64,000 bases of DNA, from assembly GCA_007375595.1 (NCBI GenBank), contig VMEP01000001.1, forward strand, positions 178,816 through 242,815. The letters run 5' to 3'. The translations under genes were made by a program, and so were the position numbers. The notes under the pieces are model-generated. The model was not told the origin of the DNA, made no database searches, and saw only the letters and a program-made list of their open reading frames with translations. Source of the stretch: Parcubacteria group bacterium LiPW_30. GTDB taxonomy: Bacteria; Patescibacteriota; Minisyncoccia; Phycocordibacterales; VMEP01. Position 1 is the first letter of the stretch, and every line of letters starts with the position of its first letter. This document shows positions 56,192 to 64,000 of the stretch, piece after piece.

Positions 56192-57943
56192 ATGATCCTT
56201 GATGAGACACAATTAAAAAAGTTTATTCTAGATTCAGGCCTTGTTTCGCGTGGGGACATGGAGACTATCGAGAAAAAAAATAAGAAAAAAAATCAAACAC
56301 TTAGTGAAATACTTTTGTCTGAAGGAAAAATTTCAGAAAATGATTTAAAGAGAACAGAAGCCTATCTTCTTGGAATACCATACATAAGTTTGAAGGGAGA
56401 GAAAATCGAATTTTCGGTTCTTTCTTTAATTCCAGAACCGATTGCAAGACATCACAACATTGTTTCCTATAGAAAAACAGCAACTGAACTTGAGGTTGCA
56501 ATGCTTGATGCTGACGACTTAGAGGCAATTGAATTTATTAAGAAAAAAACCGGTCTCAAGATTCTACCCCGTCTAACAGACACAGACTCTATTAAAGGAG
56601 TGCTTTTGCAATATCAAAAAAGCCTTAAGGCTGAATTTGATGACATCATCCAAAAAGAAGCAAGTTCGCTTAAGCTTGTAGCGGAAGACGGTGGAGAAGA
56701 AATATCAGAGAAGGAATTAAAAAAACTTGCCGAGGATTTACCCGTTGTGCGTATTGTGGACACGCTTTTGAACCACGCGATTATTCAAGATGCTTCAGAC
56801 ATACACATAGAACCACAAGACGGACAGCTTTTAGTTAGATATCGCGTTGATGGAATTTTACGAGACGCTATGGTTTTACCAAAAACGGCTGGCCCTGGAA
56901 TTGTTGCGCGCATAAAAGTTCTTTCAAACTTAAAGTTAGACGAAAAACGTCTTCCTCAGGATGGAAGATTTAAAATAAATTTAAGTGATCAAAATGTTTC
57001 TTTTCGTGTTTCAACTCTACCGACGTATTTTGGAGAAAAAACCGTTATGCGTCTTTTGAAAGAATCGGTTTCTGGTTTCACTCTTGAAGGATTGGGTTTT
57101 CATGGGGAAGGGCTTGAGCGAGTTCATTCATCAACAAGACAAACAGTTGGAATGATTTTGGCAACCGGCCCGACTGGTTCTGGAAAAACCACAACTCTTT
57201 ATACAATTTTGGATATTGTTAATACTCCAGATGTAAACATTTCAACAATCGAAGATCCTATTGAATACCAAATGAAACGCATTAACCAAACGCAAGTTAA
57301 GCCGGAAATTGGTCTTACTTTTGCAAACGGTTTACGCTCTCTCGTTCGTCAGGATCCAGATATTATTATGGTTGGTGAAATTCGCGATAATGAAACAGCC
57401 TCCCTTGCAATTAACGCCGCCTTAACTGGACACCTTGTACTTTCAACTCTTCATACAAACTCTGCGGCGGGGGCCATCCCACGTTTACTTGAAATGGGAG
57501 CAGAGCCGTTTCTTTTAACATCAACTCTTGATATTGTTTTGGCCCAACGCCTGGTCCGAAGACTTTGTAATCAAAAAGAAAAATATGTTCTTTCTGATTT
57601 GGAATTACGCAATTTAGGTAAGCTTGTTGATCTTGAGCGTATGCTTAAGTTTTTGCGCGAAGAAAAAATTGTTGGGCCAAAAGACGGGTGGGATAAAATT
57701 CCATTTTATAAACCAATGAAGTCGGCAGAATGTGAAGAAGGATATAAGGGTCGAATTGGAATACACGAAGTTCTTAAGGTAACACCAACAATAAAAGAAC
57801 TTATTTTAAAGGGTGCGACTTCGGATGAAGTAGAAGCTCAGGCAAAAAAAGAAGGAATGATGACGATGCTTGAAGACGGAATATTTTTTGCCGCCCAAGG
57901 CGTTACAACAATAGAGGAGGTCTTGCGTGTGGTTTCAGAATAA
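56192..57943 (+). CDS. pilB: type IV pilus assembly ATPase PilB (GspE family), in pilus operon
   Basis: Walker A ATGPTGSGKTTTLY, DPDIIMVGEIRD, tetracysteine motif. Followed by pilC and pilins. Confidence 0.85.
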   Translation: MILDETQLKKFILDSGLVSRGDMETIEKKNKKKNQTLSEILLSEGKISENDLKRTEAYLLGIPYISLKGEKIEFSVLSLIPEPIARHHNIVSYRKTATELEVAMLDADDLEAIEFIKKKTGLKILPRLTDTDSIKGVLLQYQKSLKAEFDDIIQKEASSLKLVAEDGGEEISEKELKKLAEDLPVVRIVDTLLNHAIIQDASDIHIEPQDGQLLVRYRVDGILRDAMVLPKTAGPGIVARIKVLSNLKLDEKRLPQDGRFKINLSDQNVSFRVSTLPTYFGEKTVMRLLKESVSGFTLEGLGFHGEGLERVHSSTRQTVGMILATGPTGSGKTTTLYTILDIVNTPDVNISTIEDPIEYQMKRINQTQVKPEIGLTFANGLRSLVRQDPDIIMVGEIRDNETASLAINAALTGHLVLSTLHTNSAAGAIPRLLEMGAEPFLLTSTLDIVLAQRLVRRLCNQKEKYVLSDLELRNLGKLVDLERMLKFLREEKIVGPKDGWDKIPFYKPMKSAECEEGYKGRIGIHEVLKVTPTIKELILKGATSDEVEAQAKKEGMMTMLEDGIFFAAQGVTTIEEVLRVVSE

Positions 57944-59162
57944 CAAAATGAGATTTTTTTATAAAGCAAAAACCGAAATTGGGATTATCGAGAGCGGTTA
58001 TTTGGAAGTGTCCGACCAAACTGAACTTGAAAACATTCTTCGTGAAAAAAAACAGACGCTAGTTTTTTTTAAGGAAGAAAAAAAGTTAGCATTTTTCGAC
58101 GTTACCGCGATTAACAATATGTTTGTGTGGGTAAAACTTCACGACAAAATTATTTTTACAAGAAATCTTTCAGTAATGCTTTCCGCTGGACTTCCGCTTT
58201 CTCGATCACTTAGTATTTTAGAGAAACAAACAAAAAATTTTAAATTCAAAATAGCCTTGGCTAGTTTGATTGAGGATATAAACGCCGGGATGGGATTAAG
58301 TGATGGGATGAAAAAATTTCCAGCGATTTTTTCAAACCTTTTCGTCTCAATGGTTAAGGCTGGCGAAGAGTCTGGTAGTTTGCCACAATCTTTACGCGCG
58401 GTAGGGGAGCAGCTTGAGCGTACGTATACCATAAATAGGAAAGTGAGGGGGGCGCTCACTTATCCAGCGATAATTTTGTCGGCAGTTTTTGGAATCGGTA
58501 TTTTAATGCTTATTTATGTTGTGCCAACACTAACAAAAACATTTGCCGATTTACATGTTGAGTTGCCAACAAGTACAAAATTCATAATCAATACAAGTTC
58601 TTTCCTCGTTAACCACACTGCCCTTGTTATAATTGGATTGATATTTTTTGTTTTTCTATCTTATCTTGGAATAAAAACACAAAGAGGGCAGGTATTTATT
58701 AGTTTTGTTTCGATGCATTTTCCTGTAATTAGTAAAATTGTTCAGGAATTTAATTCAGCACGCGCCACAAGAACGCTTTCCGCTCTTTTTACTGCCGGTG
58801 TTCCTGTTCAGCATGCGATTTCAATTTCCGCCGATGTTATGCAAAACGTTTACTTTAAAAAAGTTCTTATTGAGGCAGGGGAAAAAATAGAAAAAGGCTC
58901 GACACTATCTTCTGTTTTTAAAGATCATTCAGACTTATATCCCGTTATTGTCGGTGAGATGATTGAAGTTGGAGAGGAGACAGGGAAGCTTGCAGAAATG
59001 TTGATGAATATTGCCGTTTTTTACGAAGAAGAAGTTGAGGCTGCGACAAAAGACCTCTCTACTATAATTGAACCACTTCTTATGATTGTGATTGGCGCGG
59101 CGGTCGGATTTTTCGCGGTATCAATGATTTCTCCAATGTATTCTGTTATGTCGGGAATTTAA
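57927..59162 (+). CDS. pilC: type IV pilus platform protein PilC (GspF family)
   Basis: Two GspF repeats, three TM segments. Overlaps the pilB stop. Confidence 0.85.
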   Translation: MWFQNNKMRFFYKAKTEIGIIESGYLEVSDQTELENILREKKQTLVFFKEEKKLAFFDVTAINNMFVWVKLHDKIIFTRNLSVMLSAGLPLSRSLSILEKQTKNFKFKIALASLIEDINAGMGLSDGMKKFPAIFSNLFVSMVKAGEESGSLPQSLRAVGEQLERTYTINRKVRGALTYPAIILSAVFGIGILMLIYVVPTLTKTFADLHVELPTSTKFIINTSSFLVNHTALVIIGLIFFVFLSYLGIKTQRGQVFISFVSMHFPVISKIVQEFNSARATRTLSALFTAGVPVQHAISISADVMQNVYFKKVLIEAGEKIEKGSTLSSVFKDHSDLYPVIVGEMIEVGEETGKLAEMLMNIAVFYEEEVEAATKDLSTIIEPLLMIVIGAAVGFFAVSMISPMYSVMSGI

Positions 59163-59204
59163 AGTGTGTGGTTAAGGCAAGGGTTGTACTTTTAATTTAC
59201 CAAG

Positions 59205-59705
59205 ATGAAAATATTTACAATACAAAAAAATAAGAAGAGCATGTTGAATATAAAGCAAGGTTTTACTTTAATCGAGCTTCTTGTTGTTATCGCCATAATG
59301 GCGCTTCTTGGGAGTATTTTGTGGGGTGGTCTATCTAGTTACCGAGATGTGCAGGCACTTGAAAGCGCGACAGACGTTGTTGTTGCAACATTGGGGGAGG
59401 CGCGTTCGCGGGCTACTTCCTCTGTTGGAAATAAACAATACGGCGTGCATTTCACAGAAAATAGTGTGACTCAATTCGAAGGAACTCAATATGTGAGCTC
59501 AAGCCCAAGTAATATTGTGACAAATTTAAATGGAGCAGTTTCGCTGTCGTTTGGTGGACTTACGGCATCATCAAGTGAAATTGTTTTTGAAAAATTTTCT
59601 GGAAGAGGGAGCGCCTCTGGCCAGGTAGTAATATTTTTACGAGGAAATCCCGCAAAGAATTTCACGGTTGTTATGGAACCAACCGGTATCGCGTATCGCA
59701 AATAA
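59205..59705 (+). CDS. type IV pilin (prepilin leader ...KQG|FTLIELLVVIAI); true start may be the internal Met at about 59241
   Basis: Class III signal peptide with Gly-1, Phe+1, Glu+5. Confidence 0.7.
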   Translation: MKIFTIQKNKKSMLNIKQGFTLIELLVVIAIMALLGSILWGGLSSYRDVQALESATDVVVATLGEARSRATSSVGNKQYGVHFTENSVTQFEGTQYVSSSPSNIVTNLNGAVSLSFGGLTASSSEIVFEKFSGRGSASGQVVIFLRGNPAKNFTVVMEPTGIAYRK

Positions 59706-59709
59706 TTAA

Positions 59710-60204
59710 ATGATGAAAAATTTAAAAAAAACATGTCACGACAAAAATGGCTTCGGTTTGATTGAAGTGGTGATTGGGGTCGCCATAATCTCTATATCGT
59801 TGTTTGCAATCATGTCTTCGGCGAGAGGAGCGGTTGATTTAAACCGTCGCGCCATTTCTGAAATAAAAGGAAAGTTAATTTTAGAAGAAGGAAGTGAAGT
59901 AGTCCGTTTTATGAGAGACAGTGCCTGGAGCAACGTAAGTTCTCTCTCGACATCAACAACTTATTATTTAGCAACCACAACAACTGGGTGGATAGCAACA
60001 ACGACGCAGAACAAAATCGATGGATCTTTCTTGCGCCGGATTGTAGTAAGCGATGTTTTTCGCGGAGCAGGGGATAAAATTTCTGAAAGTGGAGTTTATG
60101 ATAGCGGGACAAAAAAATTCACCATTACTGTTTTCTATGAAGGTCGTTTTGGCACTACTACCAAGCAAACAGTATTTTATTTGAGTGATATTTTTGATAA
60201 CTAA
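59710..60204 (+). CDS. minor pilin / pseudopilin (leader ...KNG|FGLIEVV)
   Basis: Prepilin-type N-terminus with Glu+5. Confidence 0.6.
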   Translation: MMKNLKKTCHDKNGFGLIEVVIGVAIISISLFAIMSSARGAVDLNRRAISEIKGKLILEEGSEVVRFMRDSAWSNVSSLSTSTTYYLATTTTGWIATTTQNKIDGSFLRRIVVSDVFRGAGDKISESGVYDSGTKKFTITVFYEGRFGTTTKQTVFYLSDIFDN

Positions 60205-60214
60205 AATTTCTTTT

Positions 60215-60730
60215 ATGAAAAAAGAAAATAAGAATAAAAATAGTGGTTACACATTAGCAGAGATGCTTGGTTACCTTTTTGCTCTTAGTCTAATTTCAGT
60301 TTTAGTTGTAAATTCACTTCTTACCCTTTCCAAGGCTTTTATTTCAATGAAAACATCCCGTGCTGTTGGTACAAGCGCAGTCGTTTCTTTTGATCAGATG
60401 GTGAAGGAAATTAGAAGCGCAAAGAGCATTGCTCTTTCTAGTGTTTTGAAAACAAACCCCGGAAAACTTGTTTTGACGATGCCCGCAGGTTCACCGACAA
60501 CAACAGTAGAGTTTTCTTTGGGGAATTCAAATTCACTTCATAAATTTGAGAATGGGATAGATCAAGGTGTCTTAACAGCAACAGGGACAGAGGTTTCTCG
60601 CCTTGTTTTTAGAGCTGCAACAACAACAAAAAGTACGGCGGTCTCTATTGAGATGACTATAAAAGATAGTACAGGTAGGACTTCAACAGAAGAGAAGTTT
60701 TTTTCGACAGCAACGATGAGAACCTACTGA
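60215..60730 (+). CDS. minor pilin (leader MKKENKNKNSG|YTLAEML)
   Basis: Prepilin-type N-terminus with Glu+5. ORF track start at 60185 overlaps the previous gene, so the ATG at 60215 is preferred. Confidence 0.55.
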   Translation: MKKENKNKNSGYTLAEMLGYLFALSLISVLVVNSLLTLSKAFISMKTSRAVGTSAVVSFDQMVKEIRSAKSIALSSVLKTNPGKLVLTMPAGSPTTTVEFSLGNSNSLHKFENGIDQGVLTATGTEVSRLVFRAATTTKSTAVSIEMTIKDSTGRTSTEEKFFSTATMRTY

Positions 60731-60749
60731 TTAATGGTAAAATTAAAAA

Positions 60750-62120
60750 ATGAAAAAAAGAGTTAACTTTAACGATCAGGGTGGGCAGGCAGTTCTTACG
60801 GTTGTAGTTTTTCTACTTTCAATCGGAATGTCTATTGTTTATGGAGTTGTTTCCCCAACATTAAAACAATCAGCTGTTGCTGAGAATTTTATACAATCAA
60901 GCCAGAGTTATGCGACTTCAGAATCTGGAATTGAGGATGTTATTTATAGACTAAAGAGAGGAATGCAGGTTGGAGAAACTGAAGTTCTTTCCGTTGCAAA
61001 CTCTATCGCAACAACAACAATTACCCCAGTTGGTAACAATGAAAAATCAATCACTTCTTCTGGCAACAGTTTAAATAGAGTGCGTAACACTAACGCCAAC
61101 CTTGTTACTAAAAATGGAGTTACTTTTACTTACGGAGTACAGGCTGGAAATGGAGGATTTTTTATAGAAAATAATAGTAAGGTTGTTGGAAATATTTATT
61201 CAAACGGGCCTGTTTTTGGTCAAAATCTCAATCTTGTTAAAGGTGATGTTGTTTCCGCTGGTTTTTATGGAATCATCAGTGGTGTTCACGCAACAGGTAC
61301 TGCATATGCTCATATAATTAATAATTCCACGATAGATAAAGATGCTTATTATAGCTCGTCTTTTAACGCAACAGTTCTCGGAACGAGACATCCCGGTAGT
61401 CAAGACCAACCAAGTGTATCTCTTCCGATTCCAGACACTACTATTTCTGCTTGGGAGCAGGAGGCACTTTCTGGTGGCACCATTAGTTACCCATGCCCCT
61501 ACGTTATAACAGGAAATAAAACACTTGGTCCGGTGAAAATTACTTGCAACCTTACTATTTCTGGAAGTGCGATTGTGACGCTTAACGGTCCGGTGTGGGT
61601 TTCTGGTGACATAAGAATTAGGAATAACCCAGTCATTAAGGTTTCATCAGTGCTTGGCTCTAAGAGTGTGGCGGTAATCGCTGATAATCCATATCATCGA
61701 CACCACGATGATTGGCATGACGATAGTAATTATGGAGAGAGTCAGATTTCTATTGAAAATTCGCCGACATTTCAAGGTTCAGGGAATACTGGTTCTTATA
61801 TATTAATGATTTCTCAAAATAACGACGCAGAATTAAGTTACTACAATTGGTGGTCTGATTGGTGGGGAAATGAATGGCATAGCTGGTGGAGTGCGCCAGC
61901 AATTAATGTTGCCAACAGTGCGAATGGGGCAGTTCTTTTTTATGCTGGACACGGGGAAGTGCTACTTGAAGATAACGTTAGTGTAAAAGAAGTGACAGCC
62001 TATAGAGTTCGTTTAAAAAACTCAGCTCAAGTTACTTACGAAACAGGGCTATCCTCACTTCTTTTTTCTAGTGGACCATCTGGCTCGTGGACAGTTAATG
62101 GATGGGGGGAGGCTAGGTAG
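60750..62120 (+). CDS. large (456 aa) pilin-like protein with prepilin-like N-terminal helix and His/Trp-rich C-terminal region; candidate tip-associated minor pilin/adhesin
   Basis: N-terminus NDQGG|QAVLTVVVFLLSIG (no Glu+5). Clusters HRHHDDWHDD and YYNWWSDWWGNEWHSWWS. Confidence 0.5.
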   Translation: MKKRVNFNDQGGQAVLTVVVFLLSIGMSIVYGVVSPTLKQSAVAENFIQSSQSYATSESGIEDVIYRLKRGMQVGETEVLSVANSIATTTITPVGNNEKSITSSGNSLNRVRNTNANLVTKNGVTFTYGVQAGNGGFFIENNSKVVGNIYSNGPVFGQNLNLVKGDVVSAGFYGIISGVHATGTAYAHIINNSTIDKDAYYSSSFNATVLGTRHPGSQDQPSVSLPIPDTTISAWEQEALSGGTISYPCPYVITGNKTLGPVKITCNLTISGSAIVTLNGPVWVSGDIRIRNNPVIKVSSVLGSKSVAVIADNPYHRHHDDWHDDSNYGESQISIENSPTFQGSGNTGSYILMISQNNDAELSYYNWWSDWWGNEWHSWWSAPAINVANSANGAVLFYAGHGEVLLEDNVSVKEVTAYRVRLKNSAQVTYETGLSSLLFSSGPSGSWTVNGWGEAR

Positions 62121-62162
62121 AAATATTTTTGATGAGTAACACCGTGTGTTACAATCAAACAA

Positions 62163-62936
62163 ATGAAAAAGATTGTTATTGGTAATTGGAAGATGAATCC
62201 AGAGAAAGTTGATGAGGCAAAAAAAATTGCTAGCGGAATTGTCAAAGTTTGTAAAAATTTAAAAAAAACAGAAGTTGTTATTTGCCCACCAACACTTTTC
62301 ATCTCAGCGATAGCGGAAACACTACAAAAAACAAAAATCTCTATTGGTGCACAGGATGCTTTTTATGAACCAAAAGGCGCTTACACCGGCTCTGTATCGG
62401 TCGCTATGCTAAAGAGAATCGGGGTTAAATATATTATTTTGGGGCATTCTGAAAGAAGAGAGCTTGGAGAAACAGATGAGCTCGTCAATAAGAAGTTAAA
62501 AGTTTGCTTGAAAAATAAAGTAACACCAGTTGTTTGTGTTGGAGAGAAAGTTCGAGATGCACACGGATATTATCTAGCTTTTATAAAAAAAGAGATTGAA
62601 CATTCATTAGCTGGGGTTAAAAGAAAAGATTTGAAGGATGTGGTTATTGCCTATGAGCCAGTGTGGGCGGTTGGGAGTAAGGCGCTTAAGGCAATTGAAG
62701 CGAGCGACCTTTCGGAAATGGTGATTTATATAAAGCGCACACTTACCGATTTGTTTGGGCCTGCTGCCGCGCAATCGGTTAGAATTTTGTATGGTGGTTC
62801 GGTTAATAAAGAAAATGCCGGAGAGTTTTTTAACGGAAGTGGTTTAAGTGGTTTGCTCGTTGGTCGCGATAGTCTTGATGTAAAAAAGTTTGGGGACATA
62901 GTTTTACTTACCGAAGAAGTTGCTTCTATAAAATAA
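62163..62936 (+). CDS. tpiA: triosephosphate isomerase
   Basis: IGNWKMN N-terminus, catalytic AYEPVWAVG and GGSV motifs. Confidence 0.9.
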   Translation: MKKIVIGNWKMNPEKVDEAKKIASGIVKVCKNLKKTEVVICPPTLFISAIAETLQKTKISIGAQDAFYEPKGAYTGSVSVAMLKRIGVKYIILGHSERRELGETDELVNKKLKVCLKNKVTPVVCVGEKVRDAHGYYLAFIKKEIEHSLAGVKRKDLKDVVIAYEPVWAVGSKALKAIEASDLSEMVIYIKRTLTDLFGPAAAQSVRILYGGSVNKENAGEFFNGSGLSGLLVGRDSLDVKKFGDIVLLTEEVASIK

Positions 62937-62940
62937 GGAC

Positions 62941-64000
62941 ATGAAGTTATCGACAATTCCTAAAAACTTAAAGTTAAAAGGACGACGAGTTTTAATTCGC
63001 TTAGATTTGAACGAGCCAATTGAGAACGGAAAGGTTGTTAATGATTTTCGAATAAGAAGAATTATTCCAACTTTACAGTTTTTGGTTAAGAATGGCGCCA
63101 AGATTGTCGTCATTAGTCATCGTGGAGAAAAAGAAGATTCACTAAAACCAATCGCACTTTATTTAAATAAATTTATTAAAGTCGGTTTTGTTCCAGATGT
63201 TTGTGGTAGTGTTGCAAGTGATTCTATAAAAATGATGGCTGACGGAAGTATTATTATTTTAGAAAATCTAAGAAAAGAAAAAGGAGAAGAGAAAAACGGT
63301 CTTAATTTTGCAAAAAAGTTAGCTAAATTTGCTGATATTTATATAAACGAAGCATTTTCCGTTTCTCATAGAAAACACGCTTCTATTGTTTTGCTACCGA
63401 AACTTTTACCTTCATATGCGGGTTTCCTTTTTACTGAGGAAGTCACAGCTCTTTCTCGTGTGATTAAACCAAAGCAACCACTTTTGATGATTATGGGTGG
63501 CGCAAAATCGGAAACTAAATTACCACTTATAAAAAAATATTTACCAAAAGCATCAAGTATTTTTGTTGGTGGAGCGCTTGCAAACAGTTTTTTAAAGGAG
63601 GATGGTTATGAGATAGGAAAATCTCTCGCGGATAAAAATACAAAAGCATTGAGTCCTCTTTTGAAAAACAAAAAAGTATTTTTACCAGTTGATGTCGTGG
63701 TAAGAAACGGGGAAGTTAAGTGGATAGACGAAGTTTTAAAAAGTGAATGCATTGTTGATAATGGACCAGAATCGATTTTTATTTTAGAAAACATGATTGG
63801 AAAAGCAAAGACAGTTATTGTTAACGGCCCACTTGGTATTTATCAAGACGGGTTTGGGGTTGGTACTGAAAAACTTTTAAAGATACTAGCGAAATCAAAT
63901 TGTGATGTGTTTATTGGTGGCGGAGATACTGTTGCTTTAGTTTCTAAATTAAAGCTTGAGAAAAAGTTTTCATTTGTCTCAACGGGTGGTGGAGCGATGC
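62941..64000 (+). CDS. pgk: phosphoglycerate kinase, 3'-truncated by window edge
   Basis: RxDxNxP (RLDLNEP) and ISHRGE motifs. tpiA-pgk adjacency. No stop in window. Confidence 0.85.
   Translation, partial: MKLSTIPKNLKLKGRRVLIRLDLNEPIENGKVVNDFRIRRIIPTLQFLVKNGAKIVVISHRGEKEDSLKPIALYLNKFIKVGFVPDVCGSVASDSIKMMADGSIIILENLRKEKGEEKNGLNFAKKLAKFADIYINEAFSVSHRKHASIVLLPKLLPSYAGFLFTEEVTALSRVIKPKQPLLMIMGGAKSETKLPLIKKYLPKASSIFVGGALANSFLKEDGYEIGKSLADKNTKALSPLLKNKKVFLPVDVVVRNGEVKWIDEVLKSECIVDNGPESIFILENMIGKAKTVIVNGPLGIYQDGFGVGTEKLLKILAKSNCDVFIGGGDTVALVSKLKLEKKFSFVSTGGGAM

Noticed and set aside
1-64000. CRISPR arrays, rRNA genes, tmRNA, RNase P RNA, SRP RNA
   Set aside because: No regularly spaced direct repeats with unique spacers were found. 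The only tandem repeats are the about 27-bp coding repeats at 1100-1230. No rRNA-like or tmRNA/SRP/RNase P consensus blocks were recognised by eye. Absence is not proven without covariance-model scans.

Overview
This is a low-GC bacterial chromosome segment, roughly high-30s % GC by eye, read in the standard genetic code (TAA, TAG and TGA all used as stops). It looks like a reduced-genome Patescibacteria (CPR)-like organism: weak or no SD sequences, a trigger factor lacking the PPIase domain, a short YidC, and abundant type IV pilus genes.

Housekeeping content: the replication origin neighbourhood on the minus strand (dnaA, dnaN, a small DUF721-like gene), flanked by rpmH-rnpA-yidD-yidC-jag. 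Also ruvB, a YebC/PmpR-family regulator, ruvC, tyrS, a class A PBP, ksgA, pcrA/uvrD, a LysM-M23 peptidase, comM, dksA, pnp, a NYN-domain protein, rpsO, xerC/D-like recombinase, xth, cca, yraN-like, an S1 protease, hup, rny, clpP, rsmE, tig, ppa, nusA, tpiA and pgk (3' truncated).

Accessory content:
- Tail elements of four tRNAs (Arg-UCG, Gly-GCC, Pro-UGG, Gly-UCC), spanning 44.5-47.5 kb. Each tRNA is followed by a copy of a conserved GC-rich element whose left end is antisense to, and right end is a sense copy of, that tRNA's own 3' end.
- A 10-gene minus-strand operon at 16.7-29.1 kb encoding a VirB4-family ATPase, a PrgI/VirB3-like protein, a VirB6-like polytopic protein, a VirB2/TrbC-like pilin-domain protein and large secreted proteins. 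No VirD4 or relaxase is present, so it is T4SS-like.
- A type IV pilus operon (pilB-pilC plus four pilin-like genes) and a second, stand-alone pilB.
- A ~1.6 kb GC-rich island (about 1080-2700) encoding two lipoproteins.
- Families of GC-rich structured repeats in the otherwise AT-rich intergenic regions.

No rRNA and no CRISPR array are present.
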